Assembly: GCA_964478705.1 (NCBI GenBank)
Contig: CAYZIR010000003.1
Coordinates: 17,223 to 81,222, forward strand
DNA: 64,000 nucleotides
Reading direction: 5' to 3'
From: an uncultured Candidatus Saccharibacteria bacterium
GTDB lineage: Bacteria; Patescibacteriota; Minisyncoccia; Phycocordibacterales; EsbW-18
Below the pieces are notes generated by a model. That model was not told where the DNA came from. It was given only the letters and a program-made list of their open reading frames with translations, and made no database searches. A program made the translations under genes and the position numbers. Below, in pieces: positions 56,730 to 64,000 of the stretch. Every line of letters begins with the position of its first letter. The stretch's first letter is position 1.

Positions 56730-56753
56730 ATAGAAATATAATTAGTGATTGGC

Positions 56754-57068
56754 TCATTTTAACCCAGTTCTCTTTTTTCTCGAAATATCCGCCCATCGTT
56801 TTTTCCGCTCTGGCGTATAGTGCCACCATGGACGCGGGCTTTCGCCATCCATAAACCGTGTCACCGCGATAAAGACATCGAGGAGGCAGGGGTCGTGACG
56901 AACCTTGGTTTTGGTGCACAAGCGCTCATAAAGCGCAAAAGGATCCTTACCCACAAGCTCCTTGGGGTCTGCAAAGCCAAGTGTCCGAAAATCACGAGCA
57001 ACGCGTGGACCAACATTTGGAATCTCTTCAAACCGCCTGACGTTTTTGGAGTCAAGCACTTTTTTCAT
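56754..57068 (-). CDS. Helix-hairpin-helix DNA-binding protein (PF11731-like)
   Basis: …FEEIPNVGPRVARDFRTLGF… HhH motif. Confidence 0.55.
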   Translation of the reverse strand: MKKVLDSKNVRRFEEIPNVGPRVARDFRTLGFADPKELVGKDPFALYERLCTKTKVRHDPCLLDVFIAVTRFMDGESPRPWWHYTPERKKRWADISRKKRTGLK

Positions 57069-57070
57069 AG

Positions 57071-57454
57071 CTACGCGTGATGTTCTTCCTCTGCGGTCAT
57101 TGCTTCTGCTTTCGTTGCGTGCACAGTGCCCGCAGGGTGATTTGCAGGAGAATAGATAGTGTAGAGTTTCAAGGGTTCTCCTCCCGTGTTAACAATGTTG
57201 TGCTCAGTACCAGCGGGAACCACGAGTGCGATTCCATCGGCGAGCGGATACTCGACACCTGCAATAATGGCCTTCCCTTCTCCCGATTCAACGCGGAAGA
57301 ATTGATCCACATCGCCATGCACTTCCGTTCCAATATCTTCACCGACAGCGAGTGACATGACAACGAGCTGGCTATGCTCGCCCGTGAAAAGAACCGTGCG
57401 GAAATTTTCGTTCGCTTTCGATGCTTCTTCAATGTTGCCGTGATACGGTTGCAT
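57071..57454 (-). CDS. Cupin-domain protein
   Basis: Two-His cupin motifs (…GEHSQLVVMSLAVGEDIGTEVHGD… …VPAGTEHNIVN…). Start at the Met at 57454 rather than ORF-track 57499. Confidence 0.7.
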   Translation of the reverse strand: MQPYHGNIEEASKANENFRTVLFTGEHSQLVVMSLAVGEDIGTEVHGDVDQFFRVESGEGKAIIAGVEYPLADGIALVVPAGTEHNIVNTGGEPLKLYTIYSPANHPAGTVHATKAEAMTAEEEHHA

Positions 57455-57455
57455 A

Positions 57456-57941
57456 TTAGTTGATTGCAAGGAGTTCGACGTCAAAGAGCAATGTCGCATT
57501 CGGTGGAATCAAACCACCACCCGCACCCGCAGCACCATAGCCCAACTCTGCCGGAATATTTAGACTTCGCTTCTCCCCTACCTGCATACCAAGCACACCC
57601 TGCTCCCAACCAGCAATCACACGATTTTCTCCCAACGTGAACACAAATGGAGTTCCTCGATCAACGCTTGAATCGAATTTTGTGCCATTCTCGAGTGTAC
57701 CCGTGTAGTGAACGGTCACCGTATCGCCGACTTCTGCTGCTGGCCCTGAGCCTTTCGTAACAATTTTAATACCCAATCCTGCTGCATTCATATTCCATTC
57801 TGATTCCATAGAGTCTTCTGTGGTTAGTGGTTCTGTAATTGGTGTATCCGTCGTCGTTTCGTTCCCCGGTAGAATGGCATATAAGCCATACCCGAGAATC
57901 GCAATGACAACAAGCGTAATCAATGCTGTTGATGTTTTCAT
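57456..57941 (-). CDS. FKBP-type peptidyl-prolyl cis-trans isomerase (secreted)
   Basis: Signal peptide plus …[18 protein letters not shown]…FTLG…VIAGWEQG…LLFDVELL. Confidence 0.9.
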   Translation of the reverse strand: MKTSTALITLVVIAILGYGLYAILPGNETTTDTPITEPLTTEDSMESEWNMNAAGLGIKIVTKGSGPAAEVGDTVTVHYTGTLENGTKFDSSVDRGTPFVFTLGENRVIAGWEQGVLGMQVGEKRSLNIPAELGYGAAGAGGGLIPPNATLLFDVELLAIN

Positions 57942-57974
57942 ACAGACAGTATAGCAAATCGAAATAGAGGCCTT

Positions 57975-58442
57975 CTAACGAGGAACAATGGTGAAAACCA
58001 AACGATAGGATTCCTGAGGAATCGGCTCATCATCCTTTGCCGGCGGATATGAGGCAGATACAAGCGTGATACGGTCAGATTCTGTCGTAATGCTCTTACC
58101 CAGTTCAATCGACACATTTTCTGTGCCCGTTGAAGTGGTGAGTTTGAGTGACGCAATAACAGTACCTGCCCAAATACAGGTGACCCCCGTCGGGCAACGA
58201 CTATCGTTTACCCCCTGAAGCATTAGTGTACTATTGCGAAGACTTTTTGTTTCTCCAACTGACAACGTCATGGTTGATTCATCGTCAACAGGAGCTGGCT
58301 TTGGAGGATTTCGTATACCATCTGGACCATCAGGAACTCGATCGAGCGGAATTATTTGATCAGCATTGTCATGTTGCACAATGGCATACCCACCACCAAC
58401 AAACCCCGCGATAATAATCAAGATGGCAATGAAGAGTTGCAT
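57975..58442 (-). CDS. Hypothetical secreted protein
   Basis: N-terminal TM/signal; no motif. Confidence 0.4.
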   Translation of the reverse strand: MQLFIAILIIIAGFVGGGYAIVQHDNADQIIPLDRVPDGPDGIRNPPKPAPVDDESTMTLSVGETKSLRNSTLMLQGVNDSRCPTGVTCIWAGTVIASLKLTTSTGTENVSIELGKSITTESDRITLVSASYPPAKDDEPIPQESYRLVFTIVPR

Positions 58443-58446
58443 AGAG

Positions 58447-58878
58447 TTATGACTGTTTTGTTAGTAAACGGGTTATAAAAACTGAAAGCGGTAGAAGGAA
58501 CGTCATCTGCAAAATCGGAGATAGCCCAACTTCAAGCAACGGGATGATGGGCATGGTCGAAAGGTATTCCCAGCGCCCGAGATAGAGACCTTTGTATTCA
58601 ACCATGAGTGCAATCAGGAAGCCGAGCAGGGCGAGCGCCGAATAGTCGAGGGTATGGTGCGTTCGCGTAAACCATCGAGCATCGTGCTTGAGTGCTCCTA
58701 TGAGTGCCACCACAACAAGTGTATAGAGAAGGTCGCCAAGAGTTGCAAAAACCCACACGGGAAGCACTCCTTCAAGCGTGCTGTACCCAGTGTAGAGAAC
58801 GATATGAATGCGCTCCCAACATCCATGCAGAATGAGCGTTGATGCTAGAAGCAAAAGGAATGCATAGCGTGTGCGCAT
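58447..58878 (-). CDS. Hypothetical membrane protein
   Basis: Four TM helices. ORF-track start 59040 overlaps the upstream gene; the Met at 58878 is preferred. Confidence 0.45.
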   Translation of the reverse strand: MRTRYAFLLLLASTLILHGCWERIHIVLYTGYSTLEGVLPVWVFATLGDLLYTLVVVALIGALKHDARWFTRTHHTLDYSALALLGFLIALMVEYKGLYLGRWEYLSTMPIIPLLEVGLSPILQMTFLLPLSVFITRLLTKQS

Positions 58879-58885
58879 GGGGCTA

Positions 58886-60160
58886 TTATACATGCGAACC
58901 AGCAACATATCCGGTCGTCCAACAGAGCTGAAGGCTATACCCACCGGAGGGGCGATCGATGTTGAGTATGTCGCCAATAAGGTAGAGATTTGGCACAATG
59001 CGCGATTCCATTGTTTTGAAATCAACCTCCGCCAGATCAACTCCCCCTGCAGAAATAACCGCTTTGTCAGCGCCCAGAAGCCCTTTCACATGGAGCGGAA
59101 TCGCTTTTAGTACCGTTATGAGCGATGAGCGTGATTCAGACGACACACTGTGATTTGGTGTATCGCCATCAATACCGACGAGCGAGAGTATGTGATCGAC
59201 AAGTCCCGATGGAATAATCGACCCGAGCGAGTTTTTTATTTTCTTATTGGATTCATCGGCAAACAGAGTCTGAATTTTTTTCCGGAGAGCGCCAGGATCC
59301 AAGGATGGAAACAGATCTAAAAGAATTGTGACATCACTGTGCGTCAGGAGATCGCCAACCTCACTGCTCATATTGAGTACCGTCGGACCGCTTACCCCAA
59401 CATGTGTAAAAAGAAGTTTTCCTTTATGAACACTCTGTTTTTTTGCATCAGCATAGAGCGTGAGCTTAATGGCTGGGAGTGTTACCCCTGCAAGTTTTTT
59501 TACCCACGCATCATTCAGTGCAATAGGCACCAAAGCGAAGTTGTTTGGTATGACCGTGTGATTGAGTTTTGAAAGCCACGCAAAACCATCTCCCGTCGAG
59601 CCGGTCTCTGGATGCGACGTACCGCCGGTTGCAATGATACATGCGCGCGCTCGAAGAGAAGGTTTCCCTTTGCAGGTGATAGTGAAGGTGTCGGTCGTAT
59701 CGTCACGGTCAATGCGCGTCACCGTGCTTTTATGTTCTACAAGAACACCGTGCTTCTTCATATACGCGACCAAAACATCAAAAACCGATCGCGCACTGTT
59801 TGAAACAGGAAACATCCGTCCATCATTCTCTTCTTTCATCGGCATTCCGCGCTCTGCAAAAAATGCAAGCGTGTCTTTAACAGAAAACTGAGAAAACGCC
59901 GAGAAAAGAAATTTATTACTCTCTTTATACTTCGCGAGCATTGTCCGAACATCCGGCTTGTTATTGGTAACGTTGCATCGTCCTCCGCCCGTAATAAGAA
60001 GTTTCTTACCAAGCGTTTCATTCTTTTCAAGAAGAAGCACCTTCTTGCCACGCTCACCGGCACGACCGGCAGCCATCATGCCAGCAGGCCCAGCTCCAAT
60101 CACAATAACGTCCCATATCGTAGGTAGGTCACTTCCTTTTTGTGTTGATTGTGTGCGCAT
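58886..60160 (-). CDS. NAD(P)/FAD-dependent oxidoreductase (HI0933/BaiN-like flavoprotein)
   Basis: N-terminal DVIVIGAGPAGMMAAG FAD-binding motif; 424 aa HI0933-like. Confidence 0.85.
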   Translation of the reverse strand: MRTQSTQKGSDLPTIWDVIVIGAGPAGMMAAGRAGERGKKVLLLEKNETLGKKLLITGGGRCNVTNNKPDVRTMLAKYKESNKFLFSAFSQFSVKDTLAFFAERGMPMKEENDGRMFPVSNSARSVFDVLVAYMKKHGVLVEHKSTVTRIDRDDTTDTFTITCKGKPSLRARACIIATGGTSHPETGSTGDGFAWLSKLNHTVIPNNFALVPIALNDAWVKKLAGVTLPAIKLTLYADAKKQSVHKGKLLFTHVGVSGPTVLNMSSEVGDLLTHSDVTILLDLFPSLDPGALRKKIQTLFADESNKKIKNSLGSIIPSGLVDHILSLVGIDGDTPNHSVSSESRSSLITVLKAIPLHVKGLLGADKAVISAGGVDLAEVDFKTMESRIVPNLYLIGDILNIDRPSGGYSLQLCWTTGYVAGSHV

Positions 60161-60194
60161 AAGGATAGAAAAGAGGAATCGGACGCTTCTGTCT

Positions 60195-60980
60195 ATGAAA
60201 TGCTACACTCAAGAGATGAAACGACCAAATAACAGAAAATCAGGACGAGTGAAACAACAGCAAACTCCAGCACCTTCTGAAGCGACCTTCCCTATGCGAA
60301 TTAACCGCTATCTTGCTCTCAAAGGTCATGCGACCCGCCGTGGCGCAGACGAATTGATTGAGAAAGGACAGGTGTTTTTGAATGGCAAACGCGCTGTGTT
60401 GGGTGACAAGGTGAAAGAGAACGATGTGGTTGAAGTGAAGTTTCGTGGCAAGATGCCGGACTACGTCTACCTCGCCTACAACAAGCCACGTGGTATCGTC
60501 ACGCACTCCGCACAAAAAGGTGAGAAAGATATTGCACACGTGTCACTTCTGAAGGGGGTGTTCCCTGTTGGACGATTGGATAAAGACTCTCACGGATTGA
60601 TTATTTTAACGAACGACGGTCGTGTCACCGATCGTCTACTCTCTCCGCGCTTTGAGCACGACAAAGAGTATTTAGTGACGACCAAGCAACCGCTCCGTTC
60701 GAGTTTTAAACAAAAGATGGAAGCGGGCGTACAAATTGAAGATGGAAAAACAAAACCCTGTAAAGTAGAAATTATCGACGAAAACACATTTCGCATCGTC
60801 TTAACCGAAGGAAAGAAACACCAAATCCGTCGCATGTGCGTCGCGCTGTTTCAAGACGTTGATAATCTCATGCGCATCCGGGTGATGAACATCGAACTTG
60901 GTGATTTAGCGGAAGGGGCGTACCGAAAAATTGAAGGGCAAGAACTAAAAACATTTCTTCACTCGCTCGGCCTTGCGTAA
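60195..60980 (+). CDS. Pseudouridine synthase, RsuA/RluB family with S4 domain
   Basis: S4 …RINRYLALKGHATRRGADELI… and catalytic …VGRLDKDSHGLIILTNDG… ORF-track start 59958 overlaps the convergent flavoprotein gene; ATG at 60195 preferred. Confidence 0.85.
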   Translation: MKCYTQEMKRPNNRKSGRVKQQQTPAPSEATFPMRINRYLALKGHATRRGADELIEKGQVFLNGKRAVLGDKVKENDVVEVKFRGKMPDYVYLAYNKPRGIVTHSAQKGEKDIAHVSLLKGVFPVGRLDKDSHGLIILTNDGRVTDRLLSPRFEHDKEYLVTTKQPLRSSFKQKMEAGVQIEDGKTKPCKVEIIDENTFRIVLTEGKKHQIRRMCVALFQDVDNLMRIRVMNIELGDLAEGAYRKIEGQELKTFLHSLGLA

Positions 60981-61001
60981 AATCCCGCATGTATGCGATT
61001 T

Positions 61002-62477
61002 TTATTTCTTTGTTTTCTCGAGATCCAATGTCTCATCGATACGGATCTGTGCGACGAATTCGGGAACGTGTGAGACCAAGACCATCGCGCCTTGATATGC
61101 GTCGAGCGCTTTTGCAATCTCCGGAATATGACGGAAGTTAATGTGGTTCGTTGGTTCGTCCAAAATCAAAAGACCTGGTCGCTCAAGTACGAGCTGTGCG
61201 AATGCGACTAATCCTTTCTGACCTTCAGACAATGCACCGATTTTCGTGCCAATAACGTCTCCGGTAATTAAGAAACCGGCAGCGAGACTGCGCATCTTCT
61301 CTTCGTCTTTTTTATCCATAACCGACATCAGCGATTCGCGCACGGTCTTATCGAAATCAAGTGTTGAAAAATCTTGTCGGTAGTATCCAACCTTCACGCC
61401 GGGTCCAATGACAGCACCTTCTGCTGTGCCATTAGCAATCGATTCAAGGAGTGTTGATTTACCGATACCGTTTGGACCTTTTAGAAGCAGGTGGTTTCCA
61501 CGCTTGAGAATTATGTTCGCCTTCCGTAGAACTGGCTTGTGAGTTTTGGGATCGATGACTGAAAGCGATGTAATCGTGAGAAGATCACCCAGAACATTTT
61601 CTTGTACTGGAATCGTAAATGGTCGAATTGTTTTATCTTCTTTTCGCACATCAACCTTTTCTTCTTCAAGCTCTTCAGCTTCTTCGCGCATACGCTTCGC
61701 AACCAGACGCATCTTTCCTCCTTTGTGTGCAAAGAAGTTTGCCTTGTCTTTGTTGTCTTGAATTTTCTTCGCAAGCTGGGCGTTCTTGCGGTTTTCTTTT
61801 TCGATTCGTGCTGAAATCTGCTCAACCACGTCAAAATAGTTTCCGGAATATTGTTCAACCTTTCTCGTATGTACATCGAGGTAGAGCACGGTGTCGGTGA
61901 ATGCATTCAAAAAGTCGGCATCGTGGGAAATAACGACCACGGTTTTCTTATAGTTCACCAAAAACTCCGTAAGGTGCTCAATCCCCGCTTTGTCGAGGTT
62001 GTTGGTCGGCTCATCGAGAAGAAGTAAATCAGGATCTTGAATCAGTGCTGATGCGAGAAGAAGACGTGCTTGCTGACCACCTGAAAACGTTTTGATGATG
62101 CGATCGTGTAGTTTCTCGTGTCCCTTCAGGTTCACCACCTCGAGAACGTCATCGATACGCGGGTCGATATCATATACTTTCTTCGCAAATCGACGCTCGA
62201 AAAACTCACGAACGGTAAGGTCGAGTTCATCGCGTGGAATCACCTGACGTGAAAGTGCAATCGAGAGTCCGGGAACAATCGTCATCTCCCCCGACTCGAG
62301 TTCAAGCGCCCCCGTGATCAGTTGAAAAATTGTACTCTTGCCTGCACCGTTTTGTCCCATGAAGGTGCTTTTGGTTCCGCGACGTATAGAAAAACTTACC
62401 TCATCAAGGATGGGTTTGAGCGCACTGTATTCAAATGATGCTTTGTCGAATGTGACGATGGTCTCGTTCTTTGTCAT
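61002..62477 (-). CDS. ABC-F family ATPase (two tandem ABC domains, no TM)
   Basis: Two Walker A (GQNGAGKST, GPNGIGKST), two signature motifs, and a charged linker between the domains. Confidence 0.9.
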   Translation of the reverse strand: MTKNETIVTFDKASFEYSALKPILDEVSFSIRRGTKSTFMGQNGAGKSTIFQLITGALELESGEMTIVPGLSIALSRQVIPRDELDLTVREFFERRFAKKVYDIDPRIDDVLEVVNLKGHEKLHDRIIKTFSGGQQARLLLASALIQDPDLLLLDEPTNNLDKAGIEHLTEFLVNYKKTVVVISHDADFLNAFTDTVLYLDVHTRKVEQYSGNYFDVVEQISARIEKENRKNAQLAKKIQDNKDKANFFAHKGGKMRLVAKRMREEAEELEEEKVDVRKEDKTIRPFTIPVQENVLGDLLTITSLSVIDPKTHKPVLRKANIILKRGNHLLLKGPNGIGKSTLLESIANGTAEGAVIGPGVKVGYYRQDFSTLDFDKTVRESLMSVMDKKDEEKMRSLAAGFLITGDVIGTKIGALSEGQKGLVAFAQLVLERPGLLILDEPTNHINFRHIPEIAKALDAYQGAMVLVSHVPEFVAQIRIDETLDLEKTKK

Positions 62478-62508
62478 AAAGATATTCTATGTTTTGAGAT
62501 TGTTTCAA

Positions 62509-62552
62509 GAAAACCGCCCCGCCCTCGGATGAGGGCTACGGGGCGGTTTCCT
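62509..62552. terminator. Rho-independent terminator downstream of cspA
   Basis: aaaaccgccccg…cggggcggtttcc long GC hairpin. Confidence 0.7.
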
Positions 62553-62563
62553 GTGTGGAAAGG

Positions 62564-62764
62564 TTACGCGCGTGTGACGTTCGCCGCAGCAGGTCCTTTA
62601 GCACCCTCGACAACCTCAAAAGTTACCTGATCTCCTTCGTTGAGATCCTCAAAAGAAACACCGTTAAGTGATTCTTTGTGGAAGAAAAGATCCTTTTCGA
62701 CGCCTTCGCGTGCGATGAATCCAAATCCTTTTTCTCGTACGAGAGTCTTGATAGCTCCGTTCAT
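62564..62764 (-). CDS. cspA: Cold-shock protein (CspA family)
   Basis: RNP1 KGFGFI, RNP2-like motifs; 66 aa. Confidence 0.95.
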   Translation of the reverse strand: MNGAIKTLVREKGFGFIAREGVEKDLFFHKESLNGVSFEDLNEGDQVTFEVVEGAKGPAAANVTRA

Positions 62765-62825
62765 AGTTTGTGTATGATTGTTTATGACGCGAAACCCGAC
62801 TCTGTTCCGTGGTTTAATGCAATAA

Positions 62826-63119
62826 CTATACCATACGCTTCAGTTTTTTGGAAGTTTTTATTCGATACGGAGTTATCGACTTCGATACAGTGAGTGCCAG
62901 CTTCGCGCTTCGGGATAAACGTTTTATTTCCGCCTCCCGCTTTGATGCAGTACTTCGATTTTTCTTTCGTTCGGTATAGGCAATGTTCACTGCTCCCTTT
63001 GCTCGCGTATAACGCCCTCCCAATCCCTTTTTGTGCTCCGCGAGTCGTCGTTTCATATCAGTCGTGATGCCGGTGTACAGAGAACCATCACCACAGCGTA
63101 GAATATAAACGGTATACAT
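62826..63119 (-). CDS. GIY-YIG nuclease-domain protein (UPF0213-like)
   Basis: …YTVYILRCGDGSLYTGITTDMKRRLAEHK… GIY-YIG core. Confidence 0.75.
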   Translation of the reverse strand: MYTVYILRCGDGSLYTGITTDMKRRLAEHKKGLGGRYTRAKGAVNIAYTERKKNRSTASKREAEIKRLSRSAKLALTVSKSITPYRIKTSKKLKRMV

Positions 63120-63218
63120 GACTCTCAATTGTTGTTATATGTGGGAGAGTATATTGTATCTCCCCTGAGGTTTCAGGAACGCACAATCTAAGCTACAAAT
63201 TCTGGGGTTTCTGGAACA

Positions 63219-64000
63219 CTATTTTTCTGCAATGATGACCATATTCGTTGGTGGATACTGCATTGGTATGAGTGCACCGTCTTTTTTAGTGTACAAGTCA
63301 ACCTTACCTTTGAATCGATTTTCAACAATCCATGGGTTGGAATACACGCGCGACGTCGCATCCGATATATTCGGATTCTCTATAATTTTAAATCCGACGT
63401 CACGCAACAGTGTCTTCCAATCACTGAAAGAAAAGAAAGCAAATTCCTCGTTAAGTTCACTGATGAAGTTGTCTGTATAATCTTTTTTGGTCATGAATTC
63501 GACCGCGTCTTTGAGTTTGAGGACAAAAAACTTTACACCGTTTTCTATCGTTTCTTTAAACACAACCGCTGTCTCAGGACCTCGTTTCCCTTTTTCTCGC
63601 ATCTGTCCAAGGTAATCCTCTGCAAAACGATAGAAACGAGCTTCTGTTGAAAGTCCCGCGATGTGACGTGCAAACGCTTCCGAAGACGCAGGACTCTGAT
63701 AGATATCCTCGTTACTTCCATCGTCTCGAGTGAGATGCATATACACGTCTTGATCTTTATCTTCTGGACCAACAACATCGCGAATGATGAGATGCCCACC
63801 AGCGCGCATTTGTTTATATTTGAGTGCGATATAGTTTTTGAGGCTTGAGAACCCATCACCGTACGACCAAATTTCATGCGTGGTCGAGTTACAAATTGTT
63901 GTGTCGATTGATTCGTCGTCGAATATTTGATCCATCAAATTACGCTGATGGAAGAATACAAACGTACCACCGAACTCTCCTGCTCGCTGTCGTTCATGAC
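63219..64000 (-). CDS. Hypothetical protein (frame stays open upstream of the listed Met to the window edge)
   Basis: ORF-track 63219..63938. The same frame is stop-free from 63939 to 64000, so the true start may lie beyond the window. Confidence 0.45.
   Translation of the reverse strand, partial: HERQRAGEFGGTFVFFHQRNLMDQIFDDESIDTTICNSTTHEIWSYGDGFSSLKNYIALKYKQMRAGGHLIIRDVVGPEDKDQDVYMHLTRDDGSNEDIYQSPASSEAFARHIAGLSTEARFYRFAEDYLGQMREKGKRGPETAVVFKETIENGVKFFVLKLKDAVEFMTKKDYTDNFISELNEEFAFFSFSDWKTLLRDVGFKIIENPNISDATSRVYSNPWIVENRFKGKVDLYTKKDGALIPMQYPPTNMVIIAEK

Noticed and set aside
1-64000. CRISPR arrays, rRNA genes, integrase/transposase genes
   Set aside because: None seen. The only tandem arrays are the 7-bp AGGTGNT units, which are too short and degenerate for CRISPR. 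No recombinase-like ORF accompanies the att-like footprints.

Overview
This 64 kb window is a bacterial chromosomal segment of about 48% GC, dominated by housekeeping genes with short intergenic spacers. The gene content (short DnaX, a Cheo-type LexA box, an IVS-type four-helix-bundle protein and a free-standing LAGLIDADG gene) suggests a small-genome lineage, possibly CPR/Patescibacteria-like, but lineage cannot be proven from sequence alone. Housekeeping genes recognised by motif include ndh (partial), an OmpR-type response regulator and a sensor-less histidine kinase, a MacAB/HlyD-type efflux trio, msrA, typA/bipA, dedA, dgkA, lexA, dnaX, yggU, dus, ftsQ-like, serS, dprA, topA, a short RelA/SpoT homologue, parB, rdgB, miaA, htpX, lemA, groES and groEL, secG, rnj, gdh, an ABC-F ATPase and cspA. 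Three tRNAs are present: Gln-TTG, Leu-CAA and Ser-GGA. No CRISPR array, rRNA or integrase/transposase gene was found.

The structures most worth a second look are:
- A roughly 73-nt multi-hairpin repeat family present in two copies, each inserted next to a gene terminus with a direct duplication of host sequence. One copy duplicates 32 bp of the typA start (10589..10779). The other duplicates about 17 bp of the tRNA-Gln 3' end and also carries an inverted tRNA fragment (21817..22018).
- A 23S-rRNA-intervening-sequence-like cassette: a four-helix-bundle gene flanked by inverted repeats, located far from any rRNA. It sits in a 3.7 kb stress-gene block (htpX, lemA, an RHH-TM protein, groESL) peppered with tandem AGGTGNT heptamer arrays and bounded by a 15-bp direct repeat.
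- A pseudo-symmetric structured leader upstream of a TMEM175/DUF1211-type K+ channel gene, a candidate ydaO-like c-di-AMP riboswitch.
- A GC-rich structured ncRNA of about 260 nt with RNase P RNA-like conserved blocks and its own terminator.
- A LAGLIDADG homing-endonuclease gene starting 3 nt after tRNA-Leu.
- A Cheo-type LexA box (GAAC-N4-GTTC) sitting exactly in the promoter spacer of the lexA operon.
- An accessory gene block between the ABC exporter and tRNA-Gln, carrying a dGTPase-like HD protein, a methyltransferase, two VOC proteins, a P-loop kinase, an EEP nuclease and several unknowns.

Note: around 33.9 kb my base-by-base reading of the displayed sequence is out of register by 1 nt with the supplied ORF track, so coordinates there may be off by one.
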